A DNA stretch of 64,000 nt, from positions 2,560,001 through 2,624,000 of the forward strand of contig OZ244207.1 in the NCBI GenBank assembly GCA_965216875.1, read 5' to 3'. The notes beneath the pieces were generated by a model. It had not been told where the DNA came from, did no database searches, and saw nothing but the letters and a program-made list of their open reading frames with translations. Position 1 is the stretch's first letter. Every line of letters starts with the position of its first letter. Shown piece after piece: positions 10,658 to 18,961 of the stretch. Source of the DNA: Rubripirellula sp. Its GTDB lineage: Bacteria > Planctomycetota > Planctomycetia > Pirellulales > Pirellulaceae. The position numbers and the translations under genes were made by a program.

Positions 10658-11410
10658 CTAGCTCGCGCCGTTGAAAATCATGATGCACGAAACGAGCACC
10701 AGCGACGCGGCGACGATACGTTTGAATCGTTGGCCCTTGATGTAGCGGCTCGCCCACGCGCCAAGTTGAACGCCCACGATCGCAAACGGAGCGGCGAGGA
10801 GTGATTGTGTCACCATTTCGCCAGTCACAAGCTCGTCATCCAGAAACATCACGACCGCCTTGTAACAGGCGATGACGAGCAAACATTGAGTCACGAATGC
10901 TTTGAACTGAGCCTGAGACCAATCTTGTTTGAGAGCGAAAGCGGCAACCGGTGGTCCAGCGATGCTGACGGCGCCGGCAAGAAAACCACTCGCTGCTCCG
11001 GCAGCAAAACAAGACAACTTCGAAGTCGATTCCTGTTTCGCGTCCGCCGTCTTGCGAAGACTCAACAAAACCATGGCCAAGATCGCGACGCCCGTTCCAC
11101 GCACCAAGAGGTCGAGTGGAGCGTGCAAAAAGGCCCACAGACCGGGTGGCAGGAAGAGCAGCGCACCCAACATCGACAACCGTAGCGATGGCCACTGGAT
11201 GCCTTCGCGGTACGCCCATGCAGCCATGATCAACATCGGAACACTCGAAAGACTGATCACGACATGCGCCGCCTTGATGTCCAACAGGAAAGGCATCACC
11301 GAGAGAGCAACGATACCAAACCCGAAGCCGATGGCGCTGTGCACGAAGCCAGCGGCAAACGCAACGACGGCGATTCCAGCGAGTGTGGTGAGGGTTTCGC
11401 CGTCAAGCAC
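10658..11410 (-). CDS. TauE/SafE family sulfite exporter-like membrane protein
   Basis: 250 aa, about 8 TM. AGFVHSAIGFGFG and SGFLAGAVSIAGPP repeats. GTG start overlaps the MFS stop by 1 nt. Confidence 0.88.
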   Translation of the reverse strand: MLDGETLTTLAGIAVVAFAAGFVHSAIGFGFGIVALSVMPFLLDIKAAHVVISLSSVPMLIMAAWAYREGIQWPSLRLSMLGALLFLPPGLWAFLHAPLDLLVRGTGVAILAMVLLSLRKTADAKQESTSKLSCFAAGAASGFLAGAVSIAGPPVAAFALKQDWSQAQFKAFVTQCLLVIACYKAVVMFLDDELVTGEMVTQSLLAAPFAIVGVQLGAWASRYIKGQRFKRIVAASLVLVSCIMIFNGAS

Positions 11411-12801
11411 TACTCAGGCAGCTCCGCGCCACGCGTTTCTTTCGCAAACAGGACGACGATCACACCGAGCAGGAAGAGCCAGCTCAGCAGCGACGCCGCT
11501 TCTTCGAGCGAGTAGCCAAGCCCGCCATCTGCTTCAGGCCGCTGCATCCAACCGGTCAACAGCAACATCGGAAACGTGACCAATCGGCCCATATTGAAAC
11601 AGAAACCAGCGCCCGTTCCTCGCAAACGCGTGGGATACAACTCGGGAAAGTAAACGGCGTACCCAGCATGCATCCCCAGTGTCAGGAAACCAAAGATCGG
11701 CAGCGTGATCCAAATCAAAGCGAGCGACGCCCCGCCGCCAACGATGTACTTGAAAAAAACGAGGGCAACAATCAACGCTCCCAGGTGATAGAAGACGAAG
11801 GCGCCTTTTCTTCCCAACCGATTCGAAATCCATCCGAACAGCAGCAGCCCAATCCCGCCGCCGGTCGTGTTGACGAACATACTCAGCATCTCGGCCCGTT
11901 TAATGTCGCCCGCTTTCTCCTTGAACACCACTTCCTTTTCTTCGTCTGTCGCATCAACCCCGAGCCCCGCTTCGGCCAAGACTTCGGCCCGTTTCTTCGA
12001 CATCAACGCGTTCTTGCCGTAGATGTGCGCGCCCCAAAACGTGGCCAAACCGATCGTCGCAAGCGAAACACCCACGAGCGTGTTGCGGAGATTCTGTGAG
12101 TTGAAGAGCTCGATGATGCTGCCCGTCTTCTCCTGCGGATTCTCCGCCGCCCGTTCCTTCGCTTTGACCCATTGCTCGGGTTCATGAAGTTTCCAGCGAA
12201 TCCAAACAGTAAGCAGCGCCGGGACAACACCGATCAAGAAACCGAGCCGCCACGTGTTTTCGCCCCACGGGCTCGCTGCAATCACAAAGAAACCGACCAA
12301 CGTTGCCAGGTAAGTCCCAAACACACTTGATGCGTGAAAGATGGATCCCATCACCGCGCGAGACCGTTGCGGCATCACCTCGGCAACCATCGCCGACGCG
12401 ACCGCCCATTCACCGCCAACGCCCATGGCGACAAAGAATCGAAGCACAACCATGTGCCACGCTTCGCCCGCAAACGCGGTGACGCAAGTGAACAACGAGT
12501 AAAACAAGATCGTGATGATCATTGTCTTGGAGCGCCCAATCCGGTCACTTAGCATGCCAAAAAAGACACCACCAATGGCACCGCCCAGCAAGAACGATCC
12601 GAGTGCGACGTTATTCCAAAAACGAACGATTCCATCCTCGGCATCGCCGAGCAATTGCGGCATCGCATCACGCATGGACGCGACAAAGATCTGGCCTTCG
12701 AAAACATCAAAGACCCAGCCGAGCGATGCGATCAGAAGCACCAGCCATTGGTACTTGCTGATCCCTTCATTCCATTTCAGAGGTTGCGAATCGTTGCTCA
12801 C
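11410..12801 (-). CDS. MFS transporter (sugar/organic-acid-like)
   Basis: LGWVFDVFE, SDRIGRSKT motif A, GVGGEWAVA, PELYPTRLRGTG. Confidence 0.92.
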   Translation of the reverse strand: MSNDSQPLKWNEGISKYQWLVLLIASLGWVFDVFEGQIFVASMRDAMPQLLGDAEDGIVRFWNNVALGSFLLGGAIGGVFFGMLSDRIGRSKTMIITILFYSLFTCVTAFAGEAWHMVVLRFFVAMGVGGEWAVASAMVAEVMPQRSRAVMGSIFHASSVFGTYLATLVGFFVIAASPWGENTWRLGFLIGVVPALLTVWIRWKLHEPEQWVKAKERAAENPQEKTGSIIELFNSQNLRNTLVGVSLATIGLATFWGAHIYGKNALMSKKRAEVLAEAGLGVDATDEEKEVVFKEKAGDIKRAEMLSMFVNTTGGGIGLLLFGWISNRLGRKGAFVFYHLGALIVALVFFKYIVGGGASLALIWITLPIFGFLTLGMHAGYAVYFPELYPTRLRGTGAGFCFNMGRLVTFPMLLLTGWMQRPEADGGLGYSLEEAASLLSWLFLLGVIVVLFAKETRGAELPE

Positions 12802-12877
12802 GGGACAAGTTTTGCCAGGTAGGAGTGGGTGGTTGGGAGGGCGTCGCTCGCGGCAGCGAACTGAGACAGGTTAACCG

Positions 12878-13903
12878 CTACGGCGACGGCGTGAAGGATT
12901 GCATCTGCATTTCTGCCAGAGAAGCGACCACCTTCCGCTGGCCGCTGAACGGGCGCCGCGCATGCATCGCAATGGTGTTGTCGACGATTGCAACGTCTCC
13001 AGGTTGCCACTGCAAATCAAACGCAATCTCCTCGGCAAGCGTCACAGCAACGCCCACCGCATCGGCATCGAGAGGCGAACCGTCGCCGTGGCAAATCGAC
13101 TTTGAGGGATCATTTCGCGAGTCTTTCCAACCACAAAACGCGGCAATGAGCTGGTTGAAAAAGACTTTGCGTCCCGGCTGAACTTCGACCACAGCGGGCA
13201 AGGGCGGGGTGGTCGCACGCAAACATCCATCCTCTTGCCACTGCCACGTGTATCCAAGTTCGCCCAAGCGTGCCTCGGCTTCTTCTCTGGTCGTCACACC
13301 GAGCGTGCTTTTCCAGCTGCGCCCCATCCCCGATTTTGCATCATCGCTATCGGGCATCACGTTGCTGTAGCAGAGACCAAGTCGCTCACACTTTGCAGCA
13401 AATTCAGGATTCGCTTCGACGAGTTTCTCGAACAGAACGTCGGAACGACAAAGCGGCGTCGCACCACCGGTCTCGGGCGCGACTTCACACGAGAACATGA
13501 TCCACTTCGGGAACAGGGGCGTTTGAGCCATCTCGTGATGAAAGAAAATTTGAACGTTCGCCGGAGCCTCGTTCGCTGAAAAAACGCGTTCCGTCCGATT
13601 CACGCGAACCGCATTGGACAGCGACTTCTTGTAAGGAAAATTTGCCAGCTGCAGAGCCTGGATGATCCGATCGAACCCCTCAGCGCCATCAACCGGAAAG
13701 TCACGCAACAAAATCGCCCCATGCTCGGTCGCATGTGCCAATAGAAGCTCGCGTTTCGCTTCCACCCAGCCTGCAGCGTCGTCAATCGAGATTGAATCAT
13801 CGCGGTTGACCATCACGTACGGAAAGACGCTGCCGCCGTATCGCTGCTGGCCATCAACCGCAACCGTCTCGATCGCCAATGAATCTATGTCGCTAGTGGT
13901 CAT
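12878..13903 (-). CDS. Fe(II)/2-oxoglutarate-dependent dioxygenase, TauD/TfdA (clavaminate synthase-like) family
   Basis: HGAILLRDF, FFHHEMAQ (HxE), GGATP, DNTIAMHARRPF (distal His and Arg). ATG at 13903 lies just after the AKR stop. Confidence 0.9.
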   Translation of the reverse strand: MTTSDIDSLAIETVAVDGQQRYGGSVFPYVMVNRDDSISIDDAAGWVEAKRELLLAHATEHGAILLRDFPVDGAEGFDRIIQALQLANFPYKKSLSNAVRVNRTERVFSANEAPANVQIFFHHEMAQTPLFPKWIMFSCEVAPETGGATPLCRSDVLFEKLVEANPEFAAKCERLGLCYSNVMPDSDDAKSGMGRSWKSTLGVTTREEAEARLGELGYTWQWQEDGCLRATTPPLPAVVEVQPGRKVFFNQLIAAFCGWKDSRNDPSKSICHGDGSPLDADAVGVAVTLAEEIAFDLQWQPGDVAIVDNTIAMHARRPFSGQRKVVASLAEMQMQSFTPSP

Positions 13904-13913
13904 GCCGAGCCGC

Positions 13914-14891
13914 CTACTCGTAAATGGGAAAGAAAGTGTTGAACGCCGCTTCGCAAAAGTCACCGGGATCGTTGAAACGACGATTTCGATTGAGCGCCGA
14001 GATCGATTGCATCTGTTGATCGGTCAATGCAAAGTCAAAGATGGCAAGGTTCTCTTTGAGTCGTTCAGTGCTTGTCGTCTTAGGAACAATGGAAGTCCCA
14101 CGCTGAACGCCCCAACGCAAAAGGACCTGAGCCGCAGTTCGACCGTGGGCCGACGCGATTTCGTTGATCACCGGATGCTGCATCAACGACTCGTTCTGCT
14201 GAGCCATGTTCAATTGAAAGTAGGATTGCGCTCCTAGCGGCGAAAACGCCGTCACCGCGATCGAAGACTCGCGACAAAACCGAACCAGCTTTTCCTGAGT
14301 CAGATAAGGATGCATCTCGACTTGCAACACGGACGGAGCAATGTCCGCCTGATTAATCAGATCTCGCAACAGCGAACACCCAAAGTTGCAAACTCCGATT
14401 TCCTTTACCAAGCCGGCGCGAACCAACTCTTCCATCGCTTGCCATGTCTCGATGATCGGAACACGATCGGGAACCATCACCGGATTGTCCGCATCCGGGT
14501 CGGTAAACCAGCCCGGCGGGTAGCGTTGTTCGAAAGGAACGAACTGCGATGCAATCGGAAAATGCATCAGGTAAAGATCAAGGTAATCGAGCTGGAGATC
14601 GGCCAGCGTCTTTTCGAGTGCAGGACGCACATGCTCGGCACGATGGTAGGTGTTCCAAAGTTTCGAAGTGATCCATAAATCATCTCGGGACACTTTGCCC
14701 GAATGGATTGCGGCCGAGAGCCCGGCGCCCGCTTCGGTTTCGTTGCCATAATCACAGGCGCTGTCGAAATGGCGATACCCACAATCGATGGCGTCTTGAA
14801 CGACCTGGGTCACTTTTTCGTTTTCGATCTTCCAAAGGCCAAGGCCAACCGAAGGAAGCTGGCGACCACTGGAGAGTGTGAGAGAATCCAT
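13914..14891 (-). CDS. Aldo/keto reductase (xylose/aldose reductase-like)
   Basis: VGLGLWK, GYRHFDSACDYGNE (Asp/Tyr), ITSKLWN (Lys), LYLMHFP (His), VPKT. Start MDSLTLSSG at 14891. Confidence 0.93.
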   Translation of the reverse strand: MDSLTLSSGRQLPSVGLGLWKIENEKVTQVVQDAIDCGYRHFDSACDYGNETEAGAGLSAAIHSGKVSRDDLWITSKLWNTYHRAEHVRPALEKTLADLQLDYLDLYLMHFPIASQFVPFEQRYPPGWFTDPDADNPVMVPDRVPIIETWQAMEELVRAGLVKEIGVCNFGCSLLRDLINQADIAPSVLQVEMHPYLTQEKLVRFCRESSIAVTAFSPLGAQSYFQLNMAQQNESLMQHPVINEIASAHGRTAAQVLLRWGVQRGTSIVPKTTSTERLKENLAIFDFALTDQQMQSISALNRNRRFNDPGDFCEAAFNTFFPIYE

Positions 14892-14970
14892 TGTCTCGTC
14901 TTGCTGAGGGGTGGGTGGAAGGTGTAGCTGTGGTGGGATTTTAGCGGACCGGATTCTAGCGAACTCGACC

Positions 14971-16113
14971 CTAGCGTTCAGGCGTCTCGGGTTGCCATGA
15001 CTGGACGGCGCCGCCGGCGGCACCAAGGGCCCCGACGTCCTCTTGCAGGGTCGACGCGACAACCTCGGCAGGCTGTCCAAGGTGTTCGGGCGAAAGTGAT
15101 TGAAAGGTGCTTCGCAGTGGTTCAAGGAACTGAGTTTCAAGCGTTGCCAGGGGCCCAGCAACGATCACGCGTTTTGGACGCAACAACATCGACGCCTGTG
15201 CCACAACGCTGCCAACCGCCGCGGACGCTTCGCGAAGCAATCGACAAACGAGAGCATCCGACTGTTGCGCAGCCAGTAACAACTGCCGAGTGCTCACCGT
15301 CCCGTGACGCACTTTGGCGATCGATTCCTTTCCATTGGAAATCGCATCCGCGACTCGGTCGCAGATCGCTCGTGTCGAAGCGGCCTCCTCAAGCGTCGAC
15401 TTTCGCACCGGCCAACAACCGATTTCGCCCGCCGTGTTTCCCGTTCCCCGGTAGAGCTTGCCGCCAACAAAGACGCCCGAGCCGATGCCGCTGCGGATGC
15501 CCAAACAAAGAAAATCTTCAACGTCACGGCCTTGGCCAAACCAGCGTTCGGCCAGCGCGATCGCGCGGATGTTGTTTTCCAAAAACACAGGAACACCAAA
15601 CCGCTCGCTTACCGAATCGACCACCGGTACATCATCCCAGTCGCGAATGAAACGGTAGTTTCGCGCGGTACCGCCTGCCAAATCAATGACGCCCGGGACG
15701 GCAACGCCGATCCCGAGTAAAGGTCGCGAGCGGCGGCGGACGGCAGCGATCAGGCTGCGAATATGACCGAGCACGTCCGCCGACGTCGCGTTCTTTCGGA
15801 GCGTTTGGCTTGCGCTATGGAGCGGTTGCTGTGCAAAATCGACTGAAATCGCGCGGACCTGCTCGGCGTCCAAATCCACGCCAATGAACTGGCCAGCCTC
15901 GGGATTGAGTTCCAACAGCGTTCGCGGCCTTCCCGATCCAGCCTTCGCTTGCGCCCCCTCTCGCAAATACCCGCCACGCACCAATCGATCGACGTGAATG
16001 CCGATCGTCGATGGTGCAATCTGCAAACGCCTGGCAAGGTCGACGCGCGAAATGCCATCGCACAATCGAATCTGATGGATCACTGATGATTCAACAGCCA
16101 GCTTCACGTTCAC
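14971..16113 (-). CDS. ROK family transcriptional repressor (NagC/XylR-like)
   Basis: N-terminal wHTH (ISRVDLARRLQIAPSTI...GRP), then ROK domain (GVDL, GIGVAVPG, LENNIRAIALAE, GIGSG, AGEIG). Start is approximate. Confidence 0.9.
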   Translation of the reverse strand: MNVKLAVESSVIHQIRLCDGISRVDLARRLQIAPSTIGIHVDRLVRGGYLREGAQAKAGSGRPRTLLELNPEAGQFIGVDLDAEQVRAISVDFAQQPLHSASQTLRKNATSADVLGHIRSLIAAVRRRSRPLLGIGVAVPGVIDLAGGTARNYRFIRDWDDVPVVDSVSERFGVPVFLENNIRAIALAERWFGQGRDVEDFLCLGIRSGIGSGVFVGGKLYRGTGNTAGEIGCWPVRKSTLEEAASTRAICDRVADAISNGKESIAKVRHGTVSTRQLLLAAQQSDALVCRLLREASAAVGSVVAQASMLLRPKRVIVAGPLATLETQFLEPLRSTFQSLSPEHLGQPAEVVASTLQEDVGALGAAGGAVQSWQPETPER

Positions 16114-16146
16114 CAAGCCGCTTGAGGGAGAAACTCGTTGCCCACT

Positions 16147-16175
16147 ATCTTTATTTCGATTTCGAAATATGTCAA
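16147..16175 (-). promoter_or_regulatory. Sigma70-type promoter (perfect TTGACA at 16175-16170) with palindromic operator TATTTCGA-TT-TCGAAATA (16152-16169) in the spacer
   Basis: Perfect 8-bp inverted arms in an AT-rich patch between the divergent ROK and Gfo/Idh/MocA genes. The -10 element is weak (TAAAGAT). Confidence 0.7.
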
Positions 16176-16240
16176 GATGGCGAGACGTTTTTTGTGGTCT
16201 CGTGTAGGCTTTGCCGTTTTGCACAATGAGGGTCAAAGGG

Positions 16241-17287
16241 ATGAGCGACGCGCCATTGCGATTTGGTTTGGTTGGTTTCGGTGCTTGGGGCGGCCATCAC
16301 GCCAACGCGATCACGGTCACGGAAGGAGCCGAGTTGGTTGCGATCTCGGCCCAGAGCGAATCGTCACGAACCCGCGCGCAGGAAACCTATCCCGACGCGG
16401 ACGTCTATGCCGACTTTCGTGAATTGGTCGCACGCGAGGACTTGGATTTTGTGGATGTGGTGGTGCCAAGTCATCTGCATCACGAAGTTGCGATGGCGGT
16501 CTTGGCCAGCGGCAAAAACCTGATGCTCGAAAAACCGATGGGCGTCACTCTTGGGGAGTGTGACGACATGATCCGGTTGGCACGAGAAAAGAACGCCTTG
16601 TTCGCGGTGGGCCACGAGCTTCGACTTTCGTCGATGTGGGGCAAGGCCAAAGCAATGATTGACGAAGGCTTTATCGGCACACCCCTTTATGCTCTCGTCG
16701 AGCTTTCGCGGAATCCCTATCGGCAGGGCGCTGACGGGTGGCGTTACGACATCGACCGTGTCGGCAGCTGGATCTTGGAAGAACCGATTCACTTCTTCGA
16801 TTTGGCACGCTGGTATTTGTCAGCCTCAGGCGATCCGACCTCGATTTACGCGACCGCGAACTCACGGCAGCCAGATCACCCGGAATTGCACGATAACTTC
16901 AGCGCGATCATGCATTTCGAAAAAGGAGCTTACGCCGTCGTTTCGCAAACGCTGGCCGCCTTCGAACACCACCAAACGATCAAGGTGACTGGAACGACCG
17001 GTGCTCTTTGGGCATCGTGGAGCGGTGCGATGGACCGCACGCGACATCCCACCTTTTCACTGCGCGCCTTTGACGGCGACCAAGTCACCACTGTCCCGAT
17101 CGACAAGCCCACCGGCGAATTGTTCGAGCTGGAGGACCAGATCGCTCAGCTGGTTGCCGCGGTGCGTCGCGGCGAACCCCTTCACTGCAGCGGCGAAGAC
17201 GGTCGCTGGTCGGTTGCCATGTGCCTGGCAGCCGAAGATTCAGTCAGGTCGGGTGCAACGGTCGCGATGAGCGAGTATCTTGCTTAG
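16241..17287 (+). CDS. Gfo/Idh/MocA family sugar dehydrogenase
   Basis: GLVGFGAWG, LMLEKPM, GSWILEEPIHFFD. ATG at 16241. Confidence 0.9.
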   Translation: MSDAPLRFGLVGFGAWGGHHANAITVTEGAELVAISAQSESSRTRAQETYPDADVYADFRELVAREDLDFVDVVVPSHLHHEVAMAVLASGKNLMLEKPMGVTLGECDDMIRLAREKNALFAVGHELRLSSMWGKAKAMIDEGFIGTPLYALVELSRNPYRQGADGWRYDIDRVGSWILEEPIHFFDLARWYLSASGDPTSIYATANSRQPDHPELHDNFSAIMHFEKGAYAVVSQTLAAFEHHQTIKVTGTTGALWASWSGAMDRTRHPTFSLRAFDGDQVTTVPIDKPTGELFELEDQIAQLVAAVRRGEPLHCSGEDGRWSVAMCLAAEDSVRSGATVAMSEYLA

Positions 17288-17327
17288 GACCTTTCGCATC
17301 CCCAAAATCGTTTCGTCCAAGAATTTC

Positions 17328-17434
17328 GTAGGGGACGAAGCCACGGGTCCATCAGCACCATCATCCCGAGACTCCCGGCTCCTTCAAACCAACACGGATC
17401 TTGCCTGGCAAGAACTCGTAGCCTAGCCCACGAC
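17328..17434. repeat. Degenerate inverted pair of REP family D
   Basis: GTAGGGGACGAAGCCACGGGTCC (17328-17350) and reverse GTCGTGGGCTAGGCTACGAGTTC (17412-17434). Each has about 4 mismatches to the copies at 51736-51856. Confidence 0.6.
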
Positions 17435-17464
17435 ATCCTTTCCCTCCCTCGTTGCGACGCCCCC

Positions 17465-18385
17465 ATGAGACCGTTCCTCGCCCTCCTGATCCTGTTCGGT
17501 GTTTCCGCAAACCTCGTTGCAGAGCCGATCGCCAAAAAGAAACTCATCCTCGTCGCTGGCAAACCGTCTCACCCGCCGCGAATGCATGAATTCAACGCGG
17601 GCGTCCAATTACTTACCAAGTGCCTCGCCGAAAACGAGGCGGTCGAGACCACCTTCGTTTTGAATGGTTGGCCAAAGGACGAAGCGATTTTCAATGATGC
17701 CGATGCGGTCGTCTTTTTCATGGACGGAGGCAAGCGACATGAAGTGGTCCAAGAGGACGGTCGACGTCTCAAACTGCTCGACCAATGGGCGAAAAAGGGC
17801 GTTGGCTTGGGTTTCATGCACTATGGCGTCGAAGTGTTGGCCGATCAAGCTGGCTCTGAAATGAAACGCTGGATCGGCGGTCACTACGAGCACATGCACT
17901 CCTGCAATCCGATTTGGGAACCGAACTTCGCGGTGCTGCCAGACCATGAAATCACTCGGGGCGTCAAACCCTTCCAAATCAAAGACGAGTGGTACTTCAA
18001 CATGCGGTTTATTGGCGACTCGGCGGGCAACCAAGTGGACAACTTTGACAACGACATGAAGTTCGTTCCGATCCTGTTGGCAGTTCCTTCCCAGAAAGTT
18101 CGCAACGGCCCGTACGTGTACCCGAAAGGTCCCTACGCACACATTCAGGCATCCAAAGGTCGCGCCGAGGCGGTGATGTGGACGGTCGAACGTGCCGATG
18201 GCGGTCGCGGACTCGGTTTCACTGGCGGACATTTCCACGACAACTGGGGCAACGATGACTATCGCAAAGTGGTCCTCAACGGTCTGGTCTGGTTGACCGG
18301 CGCCAACGTTCCCGATGGCGGCGTCGCATCGAACGTCGATCAAGCGGATCTCGACGCCAACCTCGACAAAAAGAACCGTCGCTAG
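17465..18385 (+). CDS. Secreted ThuA-like (class I glutamine amidotransferase-like) domain protein
   Basis: Signal peptide, LVAGKPSHPPRMHEFNAG, DEWYFNMRF, GFTGGHFHDNW. Confidence 0.85.
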   Translation: MRPFLALLILFGVSANLVAEPIAKKKLILVAGKPSHPPRMHEFNAGVQLLTKCLAENEAVETTFVLNGWPKDEAIFNDADAVVFFMDGGKRHEVVQEDGRRLKLLDQWAKKGVGLGFMHYGVEVLADQAGSEMKRWIGGHYEHMHSCNPIWEPNFAVLPDHEITRGVKPFQIKDEWYFNMRFIGDSAGNQVDNFDNDMKFVPILLAVPSQKVRNGPYVYPKGPYAHIQASKGRAEAVMWTVERADGGRGLGFTGGHFHDNWGNDDYRKVVLNGLVWLTGANVPDGGVASNVDQADLDANLDKKNRR

Positions 18386-18399
18386 GGCGTTGCGTCACC

Positions 18400-18533
18400 G
18401 TAGGCCGGGTCAAAGAGCGATGCCGATCCGGCACTTCCATTCTTGGTGCATTTTTTGTCGCCTTTCGCTCCGCGAAAGCAGCGCCCGAAAACGCGCCGTC
18501 TGCAGCAAGATTCCGGCTAAAGCTCGGTACTAC
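18400..18533. repeat. Mosaic of three different palindromic repeat types
   Basis: Family A variant at 18400-18433; GTCGCCTTTCGCTCCGCGAAAGC hairpin at 18457-18479; reverse GTAGTACCGAGCTTTAGCCGG at 18513-18533. Lies between convergent genes. Confidence 0.65.
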
Positions 18534-18547
18534 GAACGCCAATTCCG

Positions 18548-18913
18548 CTACGGCTTGCGGAGGATCTTTTCCATCTTGCGTCCTTTGGCAAGCTCGTCAA
18601 CGAGTTTATCGAGGCAGCGGACTTTCTTCGTCAGCGGCGTTGTGATTTCTTCGATCCGATAGCCGCAAATGGAACCTGTGATCAAACTTGCGTTCGGGTT
18701 GAGCGTGGCCTCGGCAAAGAACGCCTCGAAGGTCACCTCCGCATCACGCAAACGCTGTAGATCGTCTGGCCGAAACCCAGTCAACCACTCAATGACTTCG
18801 TGCAGTTCCTCAATGCTCCGCCCTTTCTTTTCCATCTTGGTAACGTAGTGAGGGTAAACTGAAGCAAAGGTCATCTCCGCGATCCGTTGGTCATGTTCTT
18901 TCGTTGTCGTCAT
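18548..18913 (-). CDS. DUF2200 family protein
   Basis: [19 protein letters not shown]...VIEWLTG...[13 protein letters not shown]...[11 protein letters not shown]. Confidence 0.9.
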   Translation of the reverse strand: MTTTKEHDQRIAEMTFASVYPHYVTKMEKKGRSIEELHEVIEWLTGFRPDDLQRLRDAEVTFEAFFAEATLNPNASLITGSICGYRIEEITTPLTKKVRCLDKLVDELAKGRKMEKILRKP

Positions 18914-18961
18914 GAATCTTCCAAATGCAAGCGGAGTTTGGCCACTGTCTTGCCGTTACCT

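Noticed and set aside
14892..15161. N-terminal extensions in the ORF track (AKR to 15161; also dioxygenase to 13963, mch to 31982, def from 31900, acyltransferase to 47013, dehydrogenase from 53545)
   Set aside because: The extensions overlap neighbouring genes or lack family similarity. Downstream ATGs match the family N-termini.
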